NCBI GenBank assembly: GCA_964617565.1
Contig: CAZTYH010000003.1
Coordinates: forward strand, 13,666 to 68,947
Direction of reading: 5' to 3'
From: an uncultured Verrucomicrobiota bacterium
GTDB lineage: Bacteria; Verrucomicrobiota; Kiritimatiellia; CAIQIC01; JAGNIJ01
DNA length: 55,282 bases
In this document: in pieces, positions 1-8,867 of the stretch
Layout of the letters: each line of letters begins with the position of its first letter
Position numbering within the stretch: the stretch's first letter is position 1
Program-made: the position numbers and the translations under genes
The notes under the pieces: generated by a model
The model's input: only the letters and a program-made list of their open reading frames with translations
What the model was told of the DNA's origin: nothing
Databases searched by the model: none

Positions 1-762
1 TTCGCCTTTCAGCGCGTTCTCGATGAGCGTGGTGGTTTCTTTCGGGAAATCGTTTCGAACCATCCATTTCAGAAATCCCGGATCCTTCTTTACGAGGTCG
101 CGAACTTTCTGGCCCTGGTTCTTCCCGAAGTTGATCACCATTTCACCGTCCACCCACTTGAGTTTTCCGGCGCGATCGGCCCAGGCTGGATCGCGGGGAT
201 TGCAATAGGCGTCGAGCGCGTCCAGGTCACGGGGCAGGTCGGCATAGCGCTCAAGCTGTCCTTCCACCACGCGCAACGTGGCGAGGACGTCTTCCATTGC
301 GCCGTGCGCGCCAAGATGGAACTCCCCGCAATAATACTGGAGTGCGGCGGAAAGATCGCGGGGCACGCGCCGGTGGAAGATGCGTTGTGCGTCCAATATA
401 CGGAACGTTTCGAGGTTCAGCGACATCCCGACGCGCGCGAATTCTTCCATGAGCAGCGGGATGTCGAACGAGAGGATGTTGTATCCGCAAAGATCGCAAT
501 CCTTCAGCACCTCCATCACTTTGCCGGCGATGTCCTTGAAAGACGGCGAGTCCTTCACGTCATCATTTGTGATGCCGTGAACGGCGGTCGCTTCCGGCGG
601 GATGGGGATACCGGGGTTCACGCGGAAGAGGTGCTGCTCTTTCCTGCCGCCGGGATGAACCTTCAGGATGGCGAGGTCAATAATGCGATCCACGCGCCTG
701 TTGGTGCCGGTGGATTCGATGTCGAAAACCGCCAGGGGGCGGTCCAGTTTCAAGTCGAGCAT
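1..762 (-). CDS. DEDDh 3'-5' exonuclease (DnaQ/epsilon-like) with a DUF3820-like C-terminal tail; partial, the C-terminus runs off the window
   Basis: Not in the ORF track because no stop lies in the window. The reverse-strand translation from ATG (complement of 760-762) reads MLDLKLDRPLAVFDIESTGTN...HGITNDDV...GAHGAMEDV. These give the Exo I (DxE), Exo II and Exo III (Hx4D) motifs. A GGGAG Shine-Dalgarno lies 6 nt upstream. The frame stays open for exactly 254 codons to position 1. Confidence 0.8.
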   Translation of the reverse strand, partial: MLDLKLDRPLAVFDIESTGTNRRVDRIIDLAILKVHPGGRKEQHLFRVNPGIPIPPEATAVHGITNDDVKDSPSFKDIAGKVMEVLKDCDLCGYNILSFDIPLLMEEFARVGMSLNLETFRILDAQRIFHRRVPRDLSAALQYYCGEFHLGAHGAMEDVLATLRVVEGQLERYADLPRDLDALDAYCNPRDPAWADRAGKLKWVDGEMVINFGKNQGQKVRDLVKKDPGFLKWMVRNDFPKETTTLIENALKGE

Positions 763-840
763 AGGTGTCTCCCGCTGCAACGGCTATTTCGCGCACGGAC
801 ACCGCTTGAATCAAGCCATTTCTGCGGGTTGGTCCTGATA

Positions 841-869
841 TTGACAGTCACCACCCGGCCCTCTAGATT
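841..869 (+). promoter_or_regulatory. sigma70-type promoter candidate for hppA (TTGACA-N17-TAGATT)
   Basis: TTGACA at 841-846, an exact 17-nt spacer, and TAGATT at 864-869. It lies about 50 nt upstream of the hppA start. Confidence 0.4.
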
Positions 870-918
870 TACACCCCTATCGCGGTAAACCATAATGAAA
901 TGAAGGAGGAGTTGTCCC

Positions 919-3051
919 GTGACTATAGCTATATTGTTGCTTGGCATCATCAGCGGCGCGCTTGCGCTCGCTTTTGCGTGGTATAAGACGCAATGGATCA
1001 ACCGCCAGGAGCCCGGCACCGAACGCATGCAGGAAATCGGCGCGGCGGTTCGTGAAGGCGCCATGGCGTTCCTGGCGCGTGAATACAAGGTTCTTGCCGT
1101 GGTGGTCGTTATTGTAGCCGTTCTGCTCGCATGGGCGAACCAGGGCGCCGTGCGTCTCGTCGCGCTTTCCTTCGTCGTGGGCGCGCTTTGTTCGGCCGTG
1201 TCCGGTTTCTTCGGCATGCGCGTGGCTACAGCCTCCAACATGCGGACGACCAATGCGGCTCGTCGCGGACTGGCCGATGCGCTGCAGGTCGCGTTCTCGG
1301 GCGGTGCAGTTATGGGCATGAGCGTGGTCGGCCTCGGCTTGCTCGGCATTTCCGTCCTGACCATCATTTACTTCATCGCGTTCGGCATTTCGGCGGACAA
1401 TCTTGGGGGCTTGCGCGAAACGGTTTTGCCGATTCTCGCCGGATTCTCCATGGGCGCGAGCTCCATTGCGTTGTTTGCGCGTGTGGGCGGCGGCATTTAT
1501 ACGAAAGCGGCCGATGTGGGCGCTGATCTCGTGGGCAAAGTTGAAGCCGGGATTCCGGAAGACGATCCGCGCAATCCTGCGACGATTGCGGACAATGTCG
1601 GCGACAATGTCGGTGACGTGGCGGGCATGGGCGCCGACCTGTTCGAGTCTTATGTCGGCGCGATTATCAGCGCAATGGTGTTGGGCGCGACCGCAGTGGT
1701 TCCGGCCGGCTCGAATCGTCCTCTCCTGAACCTCGTGCTGCTTCCGCTGCTGCTCGCGGGCGCGGGCATTCTCGTTTCTATTGCCGGAACATTCTTCGTT
1801 AAAACGCGTGAAGGTGGTAATCCACAGACGGCCCTGAACATGGGGACGCTTTCTGCCGGTGTGGTCATGGCCTTGCTGACCTATCCGATCGTGAAAGTGG
1901 TCGCTCCCGCGACGTTCACGCTCACGAGCATGACGTTCGTCGGAACGGGGATACAGACGATCGCGCAGGAGTTCCAGGCAACCGGCATCTTCTGGGCTAC
2001 CATCGTGGGTCTGCTGGCGGGTGTGATTATCGGCCTTCTCGCCGAATACTACACCGCGGAAGGGAAAACGCCTTCGAACAAGATCGCCGATGCGTCTGAA
2101 ACCGGCGCAGCCACGAACATCATCGCGGGTCTCGGTACGGGCATGATCTCCACCGCGCTGCCGGTGCTGGTGCTGGCGGCGGCGATCGTTCTGACCTACA
2201 AATTCGCCGGCCTCTACGGCATCGCGCTCGGCGGCCTGGGCATGCTGGCGACAACCGGAATCCAGTTGGCCGTGGATGCGTATGGTCCGATCGCGGACAA
2301 CGCGGGCGGTCTGGCAGAGATGTCGAAGCTGGAGAAGGAAGTGCGTCAGCGTACCGACAAGCTGGACGCCGTGGGCAACACCACGGCTGCGATCGGCAAG
2401 GGTTTCGCGATCGGTTCCGCGGCGCTTACCGCGCTCGCGCTTTTCGCGGCGTTCCGCGAGACGGTCGGCCTTCCGATCATTGATGTGACCGATCCGAAAG
2501 TGATGGCGGGTCTGCTCGTCGGCGCGATGATGCCGTTCCTGTTCTCGGCGTTTGCGATGAGCGCGGTGGGCCAGGCGGCGTTCGCAATGGTCGAGGAAGT
2601 GCGCCGGCAGTTCCGCGAGATCCCGGGGCTGATGGAAGGTACGGCCAAGCCTGAATACGCGAAGTGCGTGGACATCTCCACGGCGGCGGCCATCAAGAAG
2701 ATGACCGTTCCCGCACTGCTCGGAATCCTGACCCCGGTGATCGTGGGCTTTGTGTTCGGCAAGGAGATGCTCGGTGGTTTGCTCGCCGGCGTGACGGCAT
2801 CCGGCGTGTTGATGGCGCTTTTCATGTCCAACGCGGGTGGCGCATGGGACAATGCGAAGAAGCACATTGAGGCCGGTTCGCACGGCGGCAAGGGATCTCC
2901 CGCGCACAAAGCGGCTGTCATCGGCGATACCGTGGGCGACCCCTTCAAGGATACTGCGGGCCCGTCGCTGAACATCCTGATGAAGCTCATGAGCGTGGTG
3001 GCCCTGGTGATTGCGCCGATTCTCAAAGCGGCCACTCCCCTGATCAAGTAA
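919..3051 (+). CDS. hppA: Membrane-bound proton/sodium-translocating pyrophosphatase
   Basis: 710 aa and polytopic. Carries the canonical M-PPase motifs [20 protein letters not shown] and [31 protein letters not shown] has Ala rather than Lys, which suggests the K+-dependent subfamily. GTG start with a GAAGGAGGA Shine-Dalgarno 8 nt upstream. Confidence 0.95.
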   Translation: MTIAILLLGIISGALALAFAWYKTQWINRQEPGTERMQEIGAAVREGAMAFLAREYKVLAVVVVIVAVLLAWANQGAVRLVALSFVVGALCSAVSGFFGMRVATASNMRTTNAARRGLADALQVAFSGGAVMGMSVVGLGLLGISVLTIIYFIAFGISADNLGGLRETVLPILAGFSMGASSIALFARVGGGIYTKAADVGADLVGKVEAGIPEDDPRNPATIADNVGDNVGDVAGMGADLFESYVGAIISAMVLGATAVVPAGSNRPLLNLVLLPLLLAGAGILVSIAGTFFVKTREGGNPQTALNMGTLSAGVVMALLTYPIVKVVAPATFTLTSMTFVGTGIQTIAQEFQATGIFWATIVGLLAGVIIGLLAEYYTAEGKTPSNKIADASETGAATNIIAGLGTGMISTALPVLVLAAAIVLTYKFAGLYGIALGGLGMLATTGIQLAVDAYGPIADNAGGLAEMSKLEKEVRQRTDKLDAVGNTTAAIGKGFAIGSAALTALALFAAFRETVGLPIIDVTDPKVMAGLLVGAMMPFLFSAFAMSAVGQAAFAMVEEVRRQFREIPGLMEGTAKPEYAKCVDISTAAAIKKMTVPALLGILTPVIVGFVFGKEMLGGLLAGVTASGVLMALFMSNAGGAWDNAKKHIEAGSHGGKGSPAHKAAVIGDTVGDPFKDTAGPSLNILMKLMSVVALVIAPILKAATPLIK

Positions 3052-3073
3052 CGCTCTTATTGGCAGATTCGAA

Positions 3074-3105
3074 AGCGCCCCCGCTCACGCAGCGGGGGCG
3101 TTTTT
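3074..3105 (+). terminator. Rho-independent terminator of hppA
   Basis: A 10-bp GC stem (CGCCCCCGCT at 3076-3085 paired with AGCGGGGGCG at 3091-3100) with loop CACGC, followed by T5. It sits inside the 5' extension of the 3060 ORF, which argues for a later start for the next gene. Confidence 0.8.
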
Positions 3106-3158
3106 CATTGGCCGAAGGGAATCCATTATTCTACGATGCGCGTGCGGGGTATGATCGA

Positions 3159-4763
3159 ATGGTTGTGGAAAATTCCTTCGACGGCAAATTGACGACAGCG
3201 CGCAAGGCGTGGTTGGTCTTTCTCCTTTGCGGTTTTTTCCCTGTTTTTTCGGTTACTGCCGCCGAGCCGTTCGACGTCGTCATCGTGGTGAACAGCGCCG
3301 TGCCGGAATCCCGTGAGTTGGCCCGCCATTATGCCGAAGCGCGTGGCATACCGGTTGCGAACATCTGCCTGCTTGACTTGCCCTCGGGCGAATCCATGAG
3401 CCGCAGGGAATACGAGGAACGGCTCCGCGATCCGTTGCTCCGCTATCTGCAACGCCGGAAACTGGTGGACCAGGTTCGGCGCGATCCTGAATCGGTCAAG
3501 CCGAACGAGACGGCGTGGACGACGCTTTCGTCTTCTGTCCGCTACATGGTGCTGATGCATGGGGTGCCGCTGCGTATTTCGGACACGAGATGGCCGCTTG
3601 CGAGAATTATCGGCGACCGGCTCAGGCGGATCGGCGAAAAAAATGCGGCAGCGGTGGAGTCCGAACTCGCGCTCCTGCTGGCGGGGCCTTATCCGATCGG
3701 AGGGCAGGTGTCGAACCCGCTCTTCAACCGGCATTCATGGGAAGAGGTCAAGCGGGCGGCCGGCGCCGTGATTGCGGTGACACGCCTTGACGGTCCCGAT
3801 CCGGAAATTGTGAAAGGCATGATTGACGCATCGCTGGAAGCGGAGCGTTATGGATTGCTTGGGCGCGCCTACTTCGATGGCCGGGGTCTGCGCGAAGGCG
3901 CTTATTACGTTGGGGATTTCTGGATACGCGAGGCCTGCGAGCGGTTCCTGCGCGAAGGATACGAGTGTGTGCTGGATTCGGCCTCACCGATATGGGGGCG
4001 TTCATTTCCGATGGAGGATGCCGTCGTGTATATGGGCTGGTACCAGGATCGCGTGGAAGGGCCTTTCTTGAGAAAAGATTTCCGGTTCAGGACCGGCGCC
4101 GTGGCCAGTCACATTCATTCTTCCAGCGCCGTGAGCCTGCGAACAGGGACGGACTACTGGGCCGGCCCGCTGTTGGCCCGCGGCGCAGCGTTCACCTGGG
4201 GCGCTGTGAGCGAACCGTTCCTCTCGTTTGTGCCGCATATGGATATGTTCGCCACGCGATTCTGCTCCGGGATGTCCTTTGCGGACAGCGTTTATATGTC
4301 GCTACCGGCGCTGTCATGGCAGGTTACCGTTGTCGGCGATCCGCTGTTCAATCCTTTCCGGTATTCGCTGGATGAACAAATCAGGAACCTGGAGCAGGAC
4401 GGCAAGCCGGACGTCGAGTGGGCTCATGTGAGGAAGGTCAACCTGCTGGTTCGCGAAGGCCGGTTCAATACCGCGCTGAATTATTGCCGCGAGAAAATGG
4501 AAGCCTCCGGAAGCCTTGTGCTGAGAGAAAAGCTGGGGGATCTGTATGCCCGCAACGAATTGTTCGAGGACGCGGGTCGGCATTATGAGAAAGTGATTGA
4601 GATTGCGACTACGCCGGAAACAGCCGTGAGGGTGGGGGCGCGATGGATTTTGATTCTCCGGCTGATGGGCCAGCCGGAGCGCGCAAAAAATCTCGAAGCG
4701 AAAATCCGCGAGCGATGGAAAGACAGCGAATTGCTGCCGTGGCTCGAAACTGCTCAACCGTGA
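3159..4763 (+). CDS. Secreted TIGR03790-like protein with a C-terminal TPR-like region
   Basis: An N-terminal hydrophobic segment is followed by VVIVVNSAVPESRELARHYAEARGIPVANICLLDLP. I recall this as typical of the TIGR03790 family found in Verrucomicrobia and Planctomycetes. The C-terminus is helical-repeat-like. I moved the start to ATG 3159, downstream of the hppA terminator. Confidence 0.5.
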   Translation: MVVENSFDGKLTTARKAWLVFLLCGFFPVFSVTAAEPFDVVIVVNSAVPESRELARHYAEARGIPVANICLLDLPSGESMSRREYEERLRDPLLRYLQRRKLVDQVRRDPESVKPNETAWTTLSSSVRYMVLMHGVPLRISDTRWPLARIIGDRLRRIGEKNAAAVESELALLLAGPYPIGGQVSNPLFNRHSWEEVKRAAGAVIAVTRLDGPDPEIVKGMIDASLEAERYGLLGRAYFDGRGLREGAYYVGDFWIREACERFLREGYECVLDSASPIWGRSFPMEDAVVYMGWYQDRVEGPFLRKDFRFRTGAVASHIHSSSAVSLRTGTDYWAGPLLARGAAFTWGAVSEPFLSFVPHMDMFATRFCSGMSFADSVYMSLPALSWQVTVVGDPLFNPFRYSLDEQIRNLEQDGKPDVEWAHVRKVNLLVREGRFNTALNYCREKMEASGSLVLREKLGDLYARNELFEDAGRHYEKVIEIATTPETAVRVGARWILILRLMGQPERAKNLEAKIRERWKDSELLPWLETAQP

Positions 4764-4766
4764 CGC

Positions 4767-5582
4767 ATGACAGAATCTTCACAGAACATGCTCGTTGATT
4801 CCCACGCGCATTTCGACCATCTGCCGGATGAGCAGGCCGTCGGCGAAGTCCTCCAGCGGGCGCGCGCCGCCGGCGTGGGCCGGATTATTGCCATTGGCGG
4901 ACATGCCGCGGCGAATGCGCAGGCGATCGCGATCACTCGGTGCGCGCCGGATTTGGTTCGCGCCACGGTCGGCTTCGATCGCGATCAGGCGGCGCGCGAG
5001 GTGGATCATGCGGCGCTCATTCCGCTTCTCTCCGAACCGGAAGTCGTGGCGATTGGGGAAATCGGGTTGGACTATTATTACAGCCGCGACACGCGCGCGA
5101 TGCAGTTGACGCTTTTCGAGCGCATGCTTGAACATGCGCGCAGCGTTCGCAAACCGATCGTCGTGCACAGCCGTGACGCCGATGAAGACACCCTCCAGCT
5201 TTTGAAAGCTCATTGCGAGGCGCTGCGCGATACATTACCTTATCCGGGGGTGTTGCACTGCTTCACGGGTAGTCTGCCGTTTGCAGAGCGCCTGCTGGAA
5301 ATGGGCCTGCTGATCGGGTTCAGCGGCATTATCACGTTCAAGAACGCGGCCGCGCTGCGGGAAATCGCAAAAGTGTTGCCGGAAGACCGGATATTGGTGG
5401 AAACCGATTCACCCTACCTCGCGCCAGAGCCTGTTCGCGGGAAGCGGAACGAGCCCGCTCACGTGGCGCATGTGGCGGCGGCCCTCGCCAAGATTCGGGG
5501 TGACAGCGCGGAGCGCATCGCGCATATTACCGCGCAAAATGCCGTGAGATTATTTGAACCTTCGAGGAAGAGTCATGAGTGA
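4767..5582 (+). CDS. tatD: TatD-family metal-dependent hydrolase/DNase
   Basis: Has LVDSHAHFD (the HxH motif), an EIGLDYYY-type motif and VVHSRDA. Length is 271 aa. Confidence 0.85.
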   Translation: MTESSQNMLVDSHAHFDHLPDEQAVGEVLQRARAAGVGRIIAIGGHAAANAQAIAITRCAPDLVRATVGFDRDQAAREVDHAALIPLLSEPEVVAIGEIGLDYYYSRDTRAMQLTLFERMLEHARSVRKPIVVHSRDADEDTLQLLKAHCEALRDTLPYPGVLHCFTGSLPFAERLLEMGLLIGFSGIITFKNAAALREIAKVLPEDRILVETDSPYLAPEPVRGKRNEPAHVAHVAAALAKIRGDSAERIAHITAQNAVRLFEPSRKSHE

Positions 5583-6546
5583 TACAGGTCGGATTCGATA
5601 TGCCGTCGGTGTGGATTTCGGGGGAACTTTCATCAAGATGGCGCTCGTTAACGAGCAGGGAGTGATCGAAGCCCGCTCGCGCAAGGCGACCTCCGAGGCC
5701 GGCACTCAGGAAGGATGGCTGGATGCGGTTGAGGCGGGCGTGACGGAGATGCTGAAGGAGCGGGCGTTATCAAAATCCGACCTTTCCGGTATCGGCGTGG
5801 GCGTTCCGGGGTTTGTTGATTTCGAACGCGGATTTATCTTTGATCTCACCAACGTGCCCGGCTGGAAGGCGGTGACACTCGGGCCGCGCCTCGAAGAACG
5901 TTTCGGGGTGCACTCGCGCGTGGATAACGACGTCAACGCCATGGCGGTGGGCGAATGCACGTTTGGCGCGGGGCGGGTTTATCAGCACGCCGTTTTCGTT
6001 ACACTTGGAACGGGCGTGGGCGGAGCGTTGCTGATCAACAACCGCCTTTATCGCGGTGCCTGTTCGATGGCCGGTGAGATCGGGCATATGTCCATCGAGC
6101 TTGATGGCATCAAGTCGCCGCAGGGGCTCGGGGGGTTGGAGCAATATATTGGAAATCGAAGGCTGGTTGAGCGTGCCGTTTCTCTGTTGAAGAGCGGGCG
6201 CAAGTCCAGTTTGAGGGAATTGGCGGGCGGTGATTTTAACGCGATCACGCCGGAGTTGATCAGTCGCGCCGCGGAGCAGGGAGATGAGCTTTCGATCGAG
6301 ATCTTCGACTTTATGGCCAAGTGCCTCGCTTCGGCTTTTGCCTCGGTGACCTATCTCCTGCAGCCGCAGGCGATCATCGTGGGCGGCGGGGTTGCGCAGA
6401 GCGGCGCGGTGCTGTTCGATCCGCTTCGAAAACACCTGAAGGAGCGCTTGAGCCCGGTGTTCTTCGAGCGATTGGAGATCAAGAGCGCGGCGCTCGGCAA
6501 TGACGCGGGCGTAATTGGAGCCGCAACGCTGGCGATGATCGAATAG
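5575..6546 (+). CDS. ROK-family sugar kinase
   Basis: Has GVDFGGTFIKMAL (the DxGGT phosphate-1 motif) and GEIGH. The usual CxCGxxGC zinc motif is absent and reads SPQGLGGLE. I chose the ATG at 5575, which has an AGGAAG Shine-Dalgarno and overlaps the tatD stop by 8 nt. Confidence 0.75.
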   Translation: MSDTGRIRYAVGVDFGGTFIKMALVNEQGVIEARSRKATSEAGTQEGWLDAVEAGVTEMLKERALSKSDLSGIGVGVPGFVDFERGFIFDLTNVPGWKAVTLGPRLEERFGVHSRVDNDVNAMAVGECTFGAGRVYQHAVFVTLGTGVGGALLINNRLYRGACSMAGEIGHMSIELDGIKSPQGLGGLEQYIGNRRLVERAVSLLKSGRKSSLRELAGGDFNAITPELISRAAEQGDELSIEIFDFMAKCLASAFASVTYLLQPQAIIVGGGVAQSGAVLFDPLRKHLKERLSPVFFERLEIKSAALGNDAGVIGAATLAMIE

Positions 6547-6558
6547 CAAGGAGTTTTC

Positions 6559-7479
6559 TTGAAACGGGTTGGCTTGGCGCTGGGCAGCGGTGGTGCGCGG
6601 GGATGGGCGCATATCGGGGTGATCAAAGCCCTGCGCGATGCAGGGGTTGAGGTCGCTTGTGTTGCGGGCGCGAGTATGGGCGCACTCGTGGGCAGTGCGC
6701 TGGCATCCGACCGGATGAGCCAGCTCGAATCTTCTGCCCGCCGCCTCGATTGGCGCAAGGCGCTCTCCAACTTTTTGGAAATGTCGTTTCCCCGCTCCGG
6801 CTTGATTGACGGCGCAAAGATCGTGGAGTTTATACGCGAACATCTGGCCCGGCGTACCATTCAAGAGCTCCGACTGCCTTATGCTGCGGTGGCTACCGAC
6901 ATCCGGACCGGGAATGAAGTTGTAATCCGTGAAGGTGATTTAATTGAGGCTGTCCGCGCCAGTATTTCCATTCCGGGAATATTTACGCCCGTGCTGCGAA
7001 ATCATGTCGAGCTGGTGGATGGAGGCTTGGTTAATCCCGTGCCCGTTAATATCGCGCGTTCGCTGGGTGCCGACTTCGTGATTGCCGTGGACGTGAACTT
7101 CGGAGCCATGGGAAGGGATACACATAAACCGCGTGATGAGCGCAAAGACGGAAAACCGCCCCGGGCCCATCGGTTCCTGGCTGAAATTAAACGAAAGCTG
7201 GAATCGCTTGAGAATCCGTTTCGCGAGCAGACGCGCCATTGGTTGGAACAGGCGTCGCGCCCCAGCATGTTCGACGTGTTGGGCAACTCCATTGTAATCA
7301 TGCAGTCGCAGATCACGGAAACACGCCTCCGGCTTGAGCCGCCGGACATGTTGATTCAACCCGGCGGTGATGTGGGCTATATGGATTTTCATCGGGCGGC
7401 GGAAGCGATCAGCCGCGGATATGCCGCCGCATCGGAGAAGCTGGCAAAGAGCCGGGTACCGCACGCGCGGAAACGCTGA
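6559..7479 (+). CDS. Patatin-like phospholipase (RssA-like)
   Basis: Has GSGGARG (oxyanion hole), GASMG (GxSxG nucleophile) and DGG (catalytic Asp). TTG start preceded by an AAGGAG Shine-Dalgarno. Confidence 0.85.
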   Translation: MKRVGLALGSGGARGWAHIGVIKALRDAGVEVACVAGASMGALVGSALASDRMSQLESSARRLDWRKALSNFLEMSFPRSGLIDGAKIVEFIREHLARRTIQELRLPYAAVATDIRTGNEVVIREGDLIEAVRASISIPGIFTPVLRNHVELVDGGLVNPVPVNIARSLGADFVIAVDVNFGAMGRDTHKPRDERKDGKPPRAHRFLAEIKRKLESLENPFREQTRHWLEQASRPSMFDVLGNSIVIMQSQITETRLRLEPPDMLIQPGGDVGYMDFHRAAEAISRGYAAASEKLAKSRVPHARKR

Positions 7480-7486
7480 GAGATGT

Positions 7487-7783
7487 CTATTTCGTTGCGG
7501 ACAACAATCTTTCCTGTGCGACCGCAGCCCTGATGCCCTGAACGAGGACATGCTTGGTTCGTCCGGTTTCGCCATGCAGGATCTCCACGCAGCGCGGGGG
7601 AACGTTCAGCGTCTTTGCCAGAAATCGCGCCAGCGCTTCGTTGGCCTTGCCCTCCACCGGCGGCGCGCAGAGACGGATCTTCAGCGCGTCGCCTAGAACG
7701 CCGGCGACTTCGTCTTTCGACGCGCGCGGGACGACGCGGATCGTGAGAATTGCATCGCCGTTATTCTGCTCTATCCAGGACAT
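7487..7783 (-). CDS. DUF167 (YggU-like) protein
   Basis: The sequence LTIRVVPRASKDEV...LKIRLCAPPVEGKANEAL..FLAK is characteristic of DUF167. I trimmed the start to the internal Met (MSWIEQ). Confidence 0.7.
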   Translation of the reverse strand: MSWIEQNNGDAILTIRVVPRASKDEVAGVLGDALKIRLCAPPVEGKANEALARFLAKTLNVPPRCVEILHGETGRTKHVLVQGIRAAVAQERLLSATK

Positions 7784-7832
7784 GCGGGTATAGTGCGCCG
7801 CCGTTCTTCTGCGGTCAAGCGAACGGGCGGTC

Positions 7833-7861
7833 TTGCCAGAGTGCCCGATCCTCCGCATAAT
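7833..7861 (+). promoter_or_regulatory. sigma70-type promoter candidate (TTGCCA-N17-CATAAT) for the M50 protease gene
   Basis: The hexamers have an exact 17-nt spacer. The -10 element ends 12 nt before ATG 7874 and no Shine-Dalgarno is visible, so the mRNA would have a very short leader or none. Confidence 0.3.
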
Positions 7862-7873
7862 TAGAAAAATCGC

Positions 7874-8515
7874 ATGAGCTTTTTCGTCAGCACGTTGTTT
7901 GAAGATCCCTTCATGTATTTCGCATGGGTGGGGGTGGTGATGTTTTCAATTTGTCTCCATGAGTTCTCCCATGCGCACATGGCCTACAAGTTGGGTGACG
8001 ACACGGCGTATCTCACGGGGCACCACTCGCTGAACCCGATGGTTCAGATGGGGCCGGTTTCGATCGTGATCCTGTTGCTTTTCGGCATCGCATGGGGCGC
8101 CGTGCCGGTCAGTCTTGCGCGATTGCGGGATTCGCGCGCGCGGGCGCTCGTGTCCTTTGCGGGTCCGGCTTCAAATCTGCTGCTGAGTCTCCTGTTTGGT
8201 TTAGTTTATTCCCTGATGACCTCGTTGGGTGTGGGAGAGGCCCTGATGCGGGTGGCGATGATCGGATGTCTCGCGAACGCGGTCCTTTTCTTCTTCAATT
8301 TATTGCCGGTTCCGATTCTCGACGGATGGGCCGTGTTTTCGCTGTTCATTCCGGCCATGCGTCAGATTCATCCGGCGCGCGCGCAGCAGATGTCGTGGAT
8401 CTTTTTTGCGCTGGTTTTCATGACCCCGCTCGCGGCATTGATCTGGGCCGGAGGAGGTTGGCTCAGCAGCCTGATCGTCGGTGGGTGGACACAGTTTTTT
8501 GGTTTGATCTTTTAA
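7874..8515 (+). CDS. Site-2 protease family (peptidase M50) membrane metalloprotease
   Basis: Has an HEFSHA (HExxH) motif in the first transmembrane segment and is polytopic. Confidence 0.8.
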   Translation: MSFFVSTLFEDPFMYFAWVGVVMFSICLHEFSHAHMAYKLGDDTAYLTGHHSLNPMVQMGPVSIVILLLFGIAWGAVPVSLARLRDSRARALVSFAGPASNLLLSLLFGLVYSLMTSLGVGEALMRVAMIGCLANAVLFFFNLLPVPILDGWAVFSLFIPAMRQIHPARAQQMSWIFFALVFMTPLAALIWAGGGWLSSLIVGGWTQFFGLIF

Positions 8516-8707
8516 TCCTTTTCCTGTGCTTTAGCAAAGGCCCTGAAAAAGGGCTGGCCATTTGTGATTTCTTCAGCACAATGGAATCCAAACTCCGGTT
8601 GTTATTCCGGAATGTGCTCTTTGAGAAAGCTGTTTTTTGCGTTTGCGCAGTAATCGTTTCGACTGAAAACCGCGAAATTTCTCCTTCTGAAACGAGGCTG
8701 TGGAGAT

Positions 8708-8809
8708 GCGCCCCGCATGGGGCGCGACTCCCTGTCTTGTGGTTCAGAAGGTGGGGCTTCGCGGTCCCTCAGTCGAAGCATGAGCTTGGAGTTCGCGCCT
8801 CTTTTTTTT
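8708..8809 (+). terminator. Attenuator-like element with two mutually exclusive hairpins, the second followed by T8
   Basis: Hairpin A pairs GCGCCCC (8708-8714) with GGGGCGC (8719-8725). Stem B pairs GGCGCGACTCC (8721-8731) with GGAGTTCGCGCC (8788-8799), giving 11 bp with one bulge. Stem B encloses an inner hairpin (GCTTCG at 8756-8761 with CGAAGC at 8774-8779). It is followed by TC and then T8 (8802-8809). A and B share 8721-8725. Confidence 0.4.
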
Positions 8810-8867
8810 GGTGTGGATTCCGAATATTTAAGTCTTGCGGGAAAGCAATCAAGGAAAGGGGTTGGGA

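Noticed and set aside
877-2907. 676-aa ORF on the minus strand, antisense to hppA.
   Set aside because: The product is extremely Arg/His/Gly-rich and low-complexity, which is typical of an antisense frame in GC-rich coding DNA. The sense strand encodes an unmistakable pyrophosphatase.
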